Origin: an uncultured delta proteobacterium
Lineage (GTDB): Bacteria; Desulfobacterota; Binatia; UBA9968
Direction of reading: 5' to 3'
Length of the DNA stretch: 64,000 nucleotides
Assembly (NCBI GenBank): GCA_963816145.1
Contig: CAWFJP010000004.1
Span: 352,001-416,000, forward strand
Both the position numbers and the translations under genes were made by a program. Below, piece after piece: positions 49,783-58,210 of this stretch. The notes under the pieces are model-generated. The model did no database searches. It had not been told where the DNA came from and saw only the letters and a list, made by a program, of their open reading frames with translations. Every line of letters starts with the position of its first letter. Within the stretch, counting starts at the first letter, position 1.

Positions 49783-50139
49783 ATGAATGAAGAGAAGGAT
49801 CGCGTTGGCGATTTTTTCAGCCTAGTCGAACGCGCCCGTGAAGACGTTTACTTCGCGGAAAGGGACCGCAGACTGCTCGAGAAGCAGAAACTCCGCTTGG
49901 AGAAAGCGCACCAAGACCAATTGGAAGGTCACGCCAGGAACTGTCCGCAATGCGGTGTCGCGCTGCATCAATCGAGCTTGCTGGACTTTGCGGTGAGCCG
50001 ATGTTCTGGGTGCGGCGGCATATGGGTTGAGCGCGCTGAATTGCAGCGATTGATGAACATGAAAAAGATCGAGCCGGACGCCGCCTATTCATGGTCCAAG
50101 CACTCACTGAGATACCTATGGCCGGACGACCGACGCTAA
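49783..50139 (+). CDS. zf-TFIIB zinc-ribbon protein
   Basis: ED.YF N-terminal helix, CPQC...CSGCGGIWVERAEL. GGAGG RBS. Confidence 0.78.
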   Translation: MNEEKDRVGDFFSLVERAREDVYFAERDRRLLEKQKLRLEKAHQDQLEGHARNCPQCGVALHQSSLLDFAVSRCSGCGGIWVERAELQRLMNMKKIEPDAAYSWSKHSLRYLWPDDRR

Positions 50140-50287
50140 GTCATAGAGTAAGCGGGTAGACGTTGCATCCTACAAGCATTCGATAAAATTTTCTCAACCG
50201 GAAGCGATTCAAAGTCAGGAGCTCTCGTCAAGCGCAAGATGATAAAATCAAAGAGTTAATCACACTGGCGAGCAAGGAGGAGCATCG

Positions 50288-50580
50288 ATGATTACTCAAA
50301 TGATTCTGGGGAAGGTGCCAGCCGATAAGTCCGCGGAAGCTGAACGGCCGTGGCGGGAAGACTGCGGCGCGCTATTGATCGAGCAGTCAGGCGGCAAGAG
50401 CGAGCGGTTCCTGCGGAGCCGAGAAAACCAGGGTGAATTCATTTCACTGAGCGCCTGGGATAACCAAGACGCCATCGATCGCTATCGCGCTAGCGACGCC
50501 CATCGGACCATCCAACAACACTCACGCGCGCTGACGAACGTCGCAAAAGTAGAGGGAAAACTTATGAGGTTGCCGGATAG
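50288..50580 (+). pseudogene. Antibiotic biosynthesis monooxygenase (ABM) family gene, frameshifted near the 3' end
   Basis: EFISLSAWD..AID.Y..S.AH. The expected end KTYEVAG* (TAG 50578-50580) lies in another frame. Confidence 0.65.
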
Positions 50581-50639
50581 CCGGAAGCGCTCACGGCCGA
50601 AAATCGAGAGTAACAGAGAGAGACTTCCGTTGTCGTCAT

Positions 50640-51445
50640 GTCGCGTAGCTAATTACGATGGTGTGCTCGGGAGTACAGGAGCGCGAGGTCATGGCTCCAA
50701 GAGGCTGGGCTCTATTTCAATCAGTTAGCGGGTCGTAAGGAAGTGCAATTCGACTGGGCGAAGTTCAATTGGATCGGCAGCCCCGACTGGTCGGATCATG
50801 TTATGTATATCCGCTCCGATACGCCCTACAAGACGATTCATGACGTGCGCGGCGCTTCCACGCCGCCCAAATGCACGGCTACGGCGACCGGCACGACCGG
50901 CCACTATCTCCCGAAGCTCCTCGAAGAAACCATCGGCACGAAATTTCAAATCATCTTGGGATATCCGGGCGGGCCGGAAATGGATCTGGCGGTGGAGCGC
51001 AACGAAGCGCAATGCCGGGCGTTCACGATCACCGCCTGGTACAGCGGCGAGCCCGATCAGAGCTGGCGCAAGAATGGCTTCGCGCACTTGCTGCTCCAAA
51101 CCGGACGTAAGCGTGACGAGCGCTTGCCCCAGCTGCCGGCACTTTATGAACTCATGGACCCATACAAGACCGCGGAGACTGAACGACGCCTGGCCGAAGT
51201 TGTCCTAGCTTCCAATATTTTCGGCCGCCCGTACGTGGTCCCGCCGGGAATTCTTCAGAGCGGCTTAGAATGATCCGCGACGCGTTCGGCAGAACCACCG
51301 CCGACCGGGGATTTTTGGCGGAGGCAAAAAATGCAATCTGGAAATAAAACCGACCACTGGCGAGGAGCTGGAGAAACTAGCGAAACATATCGTCGTCCAG
51401 CCGCTGGAGGTTGTTGAACGGATGAAGAAGCTATTGGGCAAATAG
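50640..51445 (+). pseudogene. Tripartite tricarboxylate transporter substrate-binding protein (TctC/Bug-like) remnant
   Basis: QFDWAKFNWIGS, GYPGG.E.DLAVERNE, GRPY..PPG. 5' part missing, and frameshifts precede GEELEKLA...MKKLLGK*. Confidence 0.72.
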
Positions 51446-51461
51446 ACTTGGTTAGGAGATC

Positions 51462-52289
51462 ATGATCATGCAAATTATCACGATCTATCAGGGCGCATCC
51501 GGCAGTGGTGAAGAGATCGGCGGCGCGGTGGCGGAGGCCTTGGGCTACGCAACGGTCGACCGCGAAGTAGTGGTCGAGGCAAGTCGGCAGTATGGCATTC
51601 CCGAGGCGAAACTTGCCGAAATCGTCGACAGAGAACCGACCTGGTGGGCTAGCTTTACGCGCAATCTGGAGCCCTATCGGATCGCCTTGCAGGCAGCGTT
51701 TTGCCAACTCGCCGGTGATCGCGGCATTGTTTATCACGGCCATATCGGCCACGAGCTGATACCCAAGTTTCAGCATGTTCTGAAGGCCCTGCTCACCGCG
51801 CCTATAGAAATGCGCATCGCGCAGGTGCGCGCGCACCAACAGCTCACTGAGATCGCGGCGCGTCGTTATGTCGAGGAAGTCGATCGGGCGCGTACACGCC
51901 GACTCAAAGTCATGTTCGGCGCCGATTGGTGCGATCCGAGCCGATACGACTTGGTCGTCAATCTTGGTCACATGAGTCTAGAAACCGCGAAACAACTGAT
52001 CGTTGGGACGGCGCGTGCAACCGATTACCAGATGACCCCCGCCTCCAAGCAGACCTTTGAAGACTTCGCTCTGGTGTCGCGGGTTCATGCGACGCTGGCT
52101 TTGGCTAACGATTTGTCGCATGCGAAGGTCGACATCAAAGCCCAACAAGGCGAGATTTCCGTATCAGGAACGATCCCCCATTGGGGTTCAGAAAATCACA
52201 TCGTTAGCCAGATCAGAAATATTCCCGGAGTAAGAAATGTCCGCACAGATCTAACCAAGCTCCCGCCCGACCTCGGATTCGACATGTAG
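51462..52289 (+). CDS. Cytidylate kinase-like family protein with C-terminal BON domain
   Basis: IITI..GASGSGEEIG, VYHG, LTAP...R, D..R, YDLVVN. C-terminal G.ISVSG...IPGVRNV. Confidence 0.8.
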   Translation: MIMQIITIYQGASGSGEEIGGAVAEALGYATVDREVVVEASRQYGIPEAKLAEIVDREPTWWASFTRNLEPYRIALQAAFCQLAGDRGIVYHGHIGHELIPKFQHVLKALLTAPIEMRIAQVRAHQQLTEIAARRYVEEVDRARTRRLKVMFGADWCDPSRYDLVVNLGHMSLETAKQLIVGTARATDYQMTPASKQTFEDFALVSRVHATLALANDLSHAKVDIKAQQGEISVSGTIPHWGSENHIVSQIRNIPGVRNVRTDLTKLPPDLGFDM

Positions 52290-52342
52290 GTCGCGGTTGG
52301 AACAAGAGCCGTTGGGCGCCCGAGGCGCCTCGGAGGTGATGC

Positions 52343-53203
52343 ATGTTAACTAACAAAGTCAGTGAGATTATGACGACCGAGCTCATATCGGCTCCGGCGT
52401 CAAGCACCGTTCATGATGTCATCCAGCAGATGGTTGCACGCGACGTAGGACGGGTCATCATCTGCCGCGACGATCTCCCTGTGGGAATTTTTACCGAACG
52501 ACATGTGCTCAAACATGTTGCAAACAACAAATTGGATCCGCAACAAACCCTGGTGGAAACGGTCATGACCTCACCGTTTCGCGCGGTCGATAAAGATAGC
52601 CATATCGTCGACGCATTGGGCGATATGATCCAAGGGAAGTTTCGCCATCTGCAAGTTCTTGGGACGAGGAATGACATCGTCGGTATCGTTTCCATGCGCC
52701 GCATATTGGAAATCGCAGTGGAGCTCGGCCATGGTCTGAGTGAAAACAAGACGATCGGCAGCATTATTTCCCAAGCGCCATTGTCGATGGACGAGTGCGA
52801 AACAGTCTGGAATGCCGTGGAGCTAATGAATGAAATACAGGCGGGTGCCGTTGTCGTCATCTCGGCGCACAAGCCGGTCGGGATCTTTACTGAACGCGAC
52901 GTTTTGAATCGGATTGTCGCAAAGCAACTTGACGGCAGAAAGATATCGCTTAAGGATGTCATGACCTCGCCCGTGATTACCATGCCAATCACGGCTCTGA
53001 TCGGACAAGTCCTCGAGCAAATGTCACGTCGAGATATCCGCAACATGCCGATCGTCGGCGACTGGGGTCAACTCGCTGGATTAGTCTCGATGCCAGACGT
53101 CCTACAGTACGCCCGGGCCTTCGATTTCGACGAAGAAGTCCGGCGCACATGGAAGGGAATTCAAAACTTCTACGATTCGCAGTATGACTACACGCCAGGA
53201 TAG
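52343..53203 (+). CDS. CBS domain protein (two Bateman modules)
   Basis: VSEIMT, PVGIFTERH/D twice, VMTSP twice, GIVS/GLVS. Confidence 0.88.
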   Translation: MLTNKVSEIMTTELISAPASSTVHDVIQQMVARDVGRVIICRDDLPVGIFTERHVLKHVANNKLDPQQTLVETVMTSPFRAVDKDSHIVDALGDMIQGKFRHLQVLGTRNDIVGIVSMRRILEIAVELGHGLSENKTIGSIISQAPLSMDECETVWNAVELMNEIQAGAVVVISAHKPVGIFTERDVLNRIVAKQLDGRKISLKDVMTSPVITMPITALIGQVLEQMSRRDIRNMPIVGDWGQLAGLVSMPDVLQYARAFDFDEEVRRTWKGIQNFYDSQYDYTPG

Positions 53204-53334
53204 GAGGGCCAAGTAAGCGCTATACCCGTGCACCCGTCGTGAGCGGGACTGCTATTTCGTTTGCGCATCAGAGCTGAGAGCCCTTGGGTCTGATCCCGGC
53301 GCGGTTGAGAATCTATTCATGTCGTTAGAATTAC

Positions 53335-53370
53335 AAAAGGGCATCTCTCGCGTGCGGGAGATGCCCTTTT
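53335..53370. terminator. Bidirectional Rho-independent terminator
   Basis: AAAAGGGCATCTCTCGC-GT-GCGGGAGATGCCCTTTT inverted repeat. Confidence 0.85.
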
Positions 53371-53758
53371 GTTGCGCGTTCTGCGCCTGATTCTTTTCTT
53401 GATTGTAAAACTTGTTAGTCCCGCGTGTCAGCCCTTTGCGTCACGTCGTTTCAACCGCATACCCGCGACACCTTCCCGGCGTCTCATGCCATCTACGACC
53501 TTCCTTTTATCGTCGCCGCAGCGACTGTTTGCCTACAGGCAATTCAAGTTGAGGTCTAGAGGGAGCAACCCCTGGATGTGTCGTGGGACATCGATCGTGC
53601 TACGTGCCAGCCCACTGACTGCGGGCGCTGCTGGTCCGGTGGAGCACCGTTCATCATACAACCCTCCTCATATAACGAACCTCCTTTCGAACCGTTGGGG
53701 CCCTCTCTATACTGCCCGATCCATCCGGCCCCGCGCCTGGCGGCGTTCAATGGATCTG
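53335..53758 (-). ncRNA. Candidate ~420-nt sRNA or small-peptide transcript
   Basis: Bounded by a sigma70 promoter and a terminator. No long ORF, several hairpins, and SD-led micro-ORFs. Family not recognised. Confidence 0.4.
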
Positions 53759-53763
53759 TCAAA

Positions 53764-53802
53764 ACGCTAGAGCGCGATGGGTATTTTGTCAATAGACAAA
53801 AT
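53764..53802 (-). promoter_or_regulatory. Sigma70 promoter with an overlapping palindromic operator
   Basis: Minus strand TTGACA-N17-TAGCGT. ATTTTGTC-AATA-GACAAAAT (53783-53802) covers the -35. Confidence 0.65.
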
Positions 53803-54038
53803 TTCTTGGCGAAAAAACTATCTTCGAAGACGAAACTTCGATCAAGCTCGTCGCAATCCTGGTTGACAGATTGCTTTCGCCAGCGATATTGCTTGCAAAG
53901 TCTGTGGTGCGCAGAACTGCTGATCGGTTCGGATCTTATAAAGTTTGAGCACGGTCAACTGTCATCGACTTCCAGCCGTTAAACGAGCGTTCCGTGACAA
54001 GTTCGGTTGGTCGGCAATCCGATTAACGAGGTGGGCAA

Positions 54039-54956
54039 ATGGAAACAGTAGGCTTTGTCGGTTTGGGAACTATTGGCGGAGTGGTGGCCGGGAATATTCA
54101 GAAGGCCGGCTATTCGATGGTGGTGTACGACATCGTGCCAGCGGCGACGCGACCGTTGGTCGAATCTGGCGCGCGGGTCGCGCGATCGGCCGCGGAAGTT
54201 GCGCAGGATTGCCGTATCGTATTTACGTCGCTGCCGGGGCCGCGGCAGGTTGAAGCAGTCGCGCTCGGCGCCGACGGCCTTGTCCATGGCATTCGCGACG
54301 GCAGTATCTATGTCGATCTCTCAAGCAGCAGTGCTGATCTCATTCGCCACATTGCTGCTGAATTTACTCCGCGCGGCGGCCGGGTGATGGATGCGCCGTT
54401 GATCGTTGGTAGACGGGGCATCGCCCAGCGCAGCGTTCAGGTGCTGGCGTCGGGGGGTGCCGAAACCTACAGCGAAGTGAAGCCCTTATTCGATGCCTTC
54501 AGCGATACGGTGGTCTATACCGGCGAGTTGGGAACCGGCACCGTGATCAAGCTGGCGCACAACTTGGTGCGCCGCGGCATCGGCCTGGCGATCGGCGAGG
54601 GACTGGTGCTGGGCGCGAAGGCGGGTGTCGACCCCGAGCTTCTCTGGGACTGCATGCATTGGGGCTTGGATGTCCAGCTCAACCAATTGAAAAAGCATTT
54701 TGCCGATACCGTCTTTACAGGAAACTACGACGTGCCGGCGAGCTTCGGTATTGGACTATCGAGAAAGGATGTCGGCCTGGCCACCGATTTGGGCCGTCAA
54801 CTCGATGTGCCGATGCCGATTGCCGCGTTAGTCGAACAGATAATGATTCACGCCGTCAGCCGCGGCTGGTCGGCGCAAAGCACGGCGTCTTTGTTTCGCT
54901 TGCAAGAGGAGGCGGCGGGTGTCGAAGTGCGGAAAGCGAGCGCGCCTGAGTGTTGA
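54039..54956 (+). CDS. NAD(P)-dependent beta-hydroxyacid dehydrogenase (3-hydroxyisobutyrate dehydrogenase family)
   Basis: GFVGLGTIG, SLPGP, DAP, G.G...KLAHN, KDVGLA. Confidence 0.9.
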   Translation: METVGFVGLGTIGGVVAGNIQKAGYSMVVYDIVPAATRPLVESGARVARSAAEVAQDCRIVFTSLPGPRQVEAVALGADGLVHGIRDGSIYVDLSSSSADLIRHIAAEFTPRGGRVMDAPLIVGRRGIAQRSVQVLASGGAETYSEVKPLFDAFSDTVVYTGELGTGTVIKLAHNLVRRGIGLAIGEGLVLGAKAGVDPELLWDCMHWGLDVQLNQLKKHFADTVFTGNYDVPASFGIGLSRKDVGLATDLGRQLDVPMPIAALVEQIMIHAVSRGWSAQSTASLFRLQEEAAGVEVRKASAPEC

Positions 54957-54970
54957 AGCCCCAGTGTGGC

Positions 54971-55579
54971 TTAGACGAAGAAAAATCGGGTAACTAACTC
55001 AAACCCGGGTAACACCTGAGATCGCAGCGTTTGGTTCGATTGGTAGCGGCGGCCGCTATCGTATTTCCCTGCGGCGAGATGGAATATTGTTATTTCTCTC
55101 CGGAGTGTATCGACGAGCCAATATTCGTTGACCCCATTGGTTTCGTAGATCTTTTTCTTTTCGATGCGATCCCGCTGGGCTGTGGCGGGGGATAAAATCT
55201 CCACCGTCAAACTCGGCACCAGCCTAAGAAACTGGCCTCGTCGCGGTTGCGGCCCCTTGGTCCAGCGCTCGCGCGATACAAAGGACGCATCGGGTTCTAA
55301 GGTATCTCCCGACGGGAGCTGGTATCCTGCGCTGGAGCCAAAGAACTTTCCCAGGCGATGAGTCAATACGAATTCTCCTAGGATTCGAATTATTCTGGCT
55401 TCGATCTCCGCGTGCTCCCAACTTGCTGGAGGGGTCATGACGATTCTCCCGCTCGCAAGCTCATACCGATTGATGTCTCCGACCGGGCGGCTTTCAACCC
55501 AGCGTTTGAATTCTATTGGTGTAAAGGTCTTGAGCGAGATAAATGCCGTCTCCGCAGACCTGATTGCCCCTGATTTCAT
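54971..55579 (-). CDS. Uma2 family (DUF820) endonuclease-fold protein
   Basis: RYEL..G, EPDASF, VEILSP, K..Y...GV.EYWLVD, LPGF. Confidence 0.9.
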   Translation of the reverse strand: MKSGAIRSAETAFISLKTFTPIEFKRWVESRPVGDINRYELASGRIVMTPPASWEHAEIEARIIRILGEFVLTHRLGKFFGSSAGYQLPSGDTLEPDASFVSRERWTKGPQPRRGQFLRLVPSLTVEILSPATAQRDRIEKKKIYETNGVNEYWLVDTLRREITIFHLAAGKYDSGRRYQSNQTLRSQVLPGFELVTRFFFV

Positions 55580-55709
55580 CGCCTAAACCCCAAGTGTCCT
55601 GCCACGCCTCGAACTTTAATCTTTGGCATATTTACCATTTTGCTAGGTTGTCTGGCAAATCCACTCGGAAAAGTCGCTGACTCGAAGTTTGGCAGGTCCC
55701 CACTTAAGT

Positions 55710-57821
55710 TCACACCAGTTCAAAATCGATCTCGCTTCTAAACGCGTTGATCTTCGCCACTCTTACCCGGACGTTGTCGCCCAGGCGAAAGCGCTTGCCG
55801 TGGCGGCGGCCTTTGATCAGGTATTCTTTTTCATAATAGTCGTAGTCGTCGTCGGTGAGCGACGACAACTTCACCAAGCCTTCGATGAAATAATCGTCGA
55901 GTTCGACGAAGAAGCCGAAGTTGGCCAGGCTGTTAACGAAGCCGGAGAACTCTTCGCCCATTTTGGTCATCATGAACTGGGCCTTCTTCAAGTCGACCAT
56001 CTCGCGTTCGGCGTCCATGGCGTGGCGCTCGCGTTCGGAGGTGTGCTTGCCCCACTCTTGCAAGGTGCGCAGGAGATCGGCGCGTTCGTTGGGTTTGAGC
56101 TTGTCGCCGCCCATGACGCGGTCGAGCATGCGATGAACGATCAAATCGGGATAGCGGCGGATCGGCGAGGTGAAGTGGGTGTAGCAGGTCGATGCCAGAC
56201 CGAAGTGGCCAATGTTTTCCGGTTGATAGACCGCTTGTTTCATCGAGCGCAGCAGCACGCGGTTGATCACCCGCTCTTCCGGCTTGCCGCGGGCCGATTC
56301 CAACAACCGCTGGATCTCCAGCGGCGGGAGATTTTCTTTTTTCTGCGGCAGGCGGTAGCCCAGACTCAAAAGAAATGACTCCAACGCTTGCAGGGCGTCT
56401 TCGTCCGGGCCGGCATGGACGCGGTAGAGTGTCGGGACGTCTTTCGCGGTGAGTTCGCGCGCCACCGCTTCGTTGGCGGCGATCATATACTCTTCGATGA
56501 TGCGATGGGCGATATTACGCTCGGCGCGGATGATGTTTTCCGGCAGCCCTTGCAGGTCGAGGACGATTTCCGCTTCGGGCAGATCGAAGTCGAGATTGCC
56601 GCGGGCTTTGCGGTTGGCGTAGATTAAGAGCGCCAGCTCTTCCATGAGCTTGAAACCATCGACTAAGTTTTTATAGTGCTCCAAACATTCCGGATCACTA
56701 TCGACCAGAATTTTCCGCACGTTGGTGTAGGTCATGCGCGCGTGGCTGCGGATCACCGAGTCGAAGAAGCGGCTATGGATCGCTTCGCCTTTACTGTTGA
56801 ACTCGATCCAAGCGGTTTTGGTCAAGCGCTCTTCGTTTGGATTCAAGCTACAGATGCCGTTGGACAGCGCTTCGGGCAGCATCGGGATCGCCCGGTCGGG
56901 AAAGTAGACGCTGGTGGCGCGGGCGTAGGCCTCTTGGTCCAGTGCCGTGTCCGGGCGAACGTAATGGGCGACGTCGGCGATGGAGACGAATAGCTCGTAG
57001 CCGCGAGCCTTGCGCCGTACGTAGACCGCGTCGTCGAAATCGCGGGCGTTCTCGCCGTCGATGGTAACGATGGGCAGATCGCGCAGGTCTTCGCGCCGGG
57101 CGATTTCTCCTGCACTGATTTCGAAGGCGGCGCTCGTCACTTCGCGGTGCACTTCCGGTGGAAAGCTCGGCGACAGATCGAAACGGAAGATGATCGATTG
57201 CGCCTGGACCTCGGGATCGTTAGGGTCGCCCATCACTTGCACCAGGGTGGCTTCGGGCGGCGACATGGCGGTGCCGAAGCGGCTGATCTCGGCGGCGATG
57301 ACTTTGCCTTGGGTTAGTTTCGCGCCGCTGTTCTGGAGCGGCATGGCGCCAATGCGCGCGTCCATCGGGATCAAGAAAGCTCTGCCGTCGATTTCCTCGT
57401 AGGTGCCTAGCAGCCGCTTTTGGCCGCGTTCGATGATCTGGACGATATGAGCTTCGCTGCCGCCGCGCTGTTTGCGATCGATGCGCACCATCACTTGATC
57501 GCCATGCATGACCCGGCGCATCTCGCGACGGTTCAAATAAACGTCTTCGGCGTCTTTGTCTTCGAGAATGAGAAAGCCGTAGCCGTCGGGGTGGGCGTGG
57601 ACGCGGCCGCGCAGGAGATTCTGCCGGTCGGGCAGGGCGTAGTGATTTTTCTTGAGCCGCACGAGGCGGCCGTCGCGGCAGAGCTGGCGCAAGCCGTCGA
57701 TGACCGATTGTAAATCGCTGCGCTCGAAGCCGGCGCGGCGCTGCAGCTCCGCCGGGGTGAAGCGGGCGCGCGGCTGTTTGTTGAACAGCGCGAGGATCTT
57801 CTCCTGTGCGTTGCCGGCCAT
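55710..57821 (-). CDS. rnr: Ribonuclease R
   Basis: HPDGYGF CSD, TIDGENARDFDDA, HFTSPIRRYPDL, C-terminal S1 domain. Confidence 0.95.
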   Translation of the reverse strand: MAGNAQEKILALFNKQPRARFTPAELQRRAGFERSDLQSVIDGLRQLCRDGRLVRLKKNHYALPDRQNLLRGRVHAHPDGYGFLILEDKDAEDVYLNRREMRRVMHGDQVMVRIDRKQRGGSEAHIVQIIERGQKRLLGTYEEIDGRAFLIPMDARIGAMPLQNSGAKLTQGKVIAAEISRFGTAMSPPEATLVQVMGDPNDPEVQAQSIIFRFDLSPSFPPEVHREVTSAAFEISAGEIARREDLRDLPIVTIDGENARDFDDAVYVRRKARGYELFVSIADVAHYVRPDTALDQEAYARATSVYFPDRAIPMLPEALSNGICSLNPNEERLTKTAWIEFNSKGEAIHSRFFDSVIRSHARMTYTNVRKILVDSDPECLEHYKNLVDGFKLMEELALLIYANRKARGNLDFDLPEAEIVLDLQGLPENIIRAERNIAHRIIEEYMIAANEAVARELTAKDVPTLYRVHAGPDEDALQALESFLLSLGYRLPQKKENLPPLEIQRLLESARGKPEERVINRVLLRSMKQAVYQPENIGHFGLASTCYTHFTSPIRRYPDLIVHRMLDRVMGGDKLKPNERADLLRTLQEWGKHTSERERHAMDAEREMVDLKKAQFMMTKMGEEFSGFVNSLANFGFFVELDDYFIEGLVKLSSLTDDDYDYYEKEYLIKGRRHGKRFRLGDNVRVRVAKINAFRSEIDFELV

Positions 57822-57916
57822 GGATGTTGGGTGAGCTTCTACTGGAATCGGCGCGAATTCAATCGATGGCAAGTAAACTTTTCTCAGCGGCGCCTCGAAA
57901 CGTTAGCCGGCGGAAG

Positions 57917-58210
57917 CTACTTTTGCCCTGACGACATTGACTCAGCCAACTCCAGCATGAACCAATCGTCGGTCATGTCGGCGGGCCTGGCGATTTCCGC
58001 AAGCGGAATATCTTGTTTGAGCGAGTCGATGATTTTATGCGCGGTGTCGACAAAGTCGGTCATCGCCAATAAGACGATGATCGCCTTCTTGCGATCGACC
58101 GTGCGGATGATGCCGATTTCCTCGTAGGACTCGAAGATGAATTTAACATAGGCGATATGCTCAGGAGCGATCTCTAAATAGATTTCTTGAAGGTCCATGG
58201 CCATTTCCAC
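57917..58210 (-). CDS. DUF4911 family protein
   Basis: IAYVKFIFESYE.IGIIRTVD motif. Confidence 0.75.
   Translation of the reverse strand: MEMAMDLQEIYLEIAPEHIAYVKFIFESYEEIGIIRTVDRKKAIIVLLAMTDFVDTAHKIIDSLKQDIPLAEIARPADMTDDWFMLELAESMSSGQK

Noticed and set aside
53430-53760. c-di-GMP-I riboswitch, 6S, SRP or tmRNA
   Set aside because: Only fragments match (GGCAAAC, GACGCAAAG, GCTCCACC). Spacing, pairing and the diagnostic loops do not fit, so the region is left as an unclassified candidate.
54971-55579. Uma2 gene as an anti-phage or restriction system
   Set aside because: A solitary member of a very common family, with no methyltransferase or defence genes next to it.
55689-56378. 229-aa plus-strand ORF
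   Set aside because: Antisense shadow of rnr.
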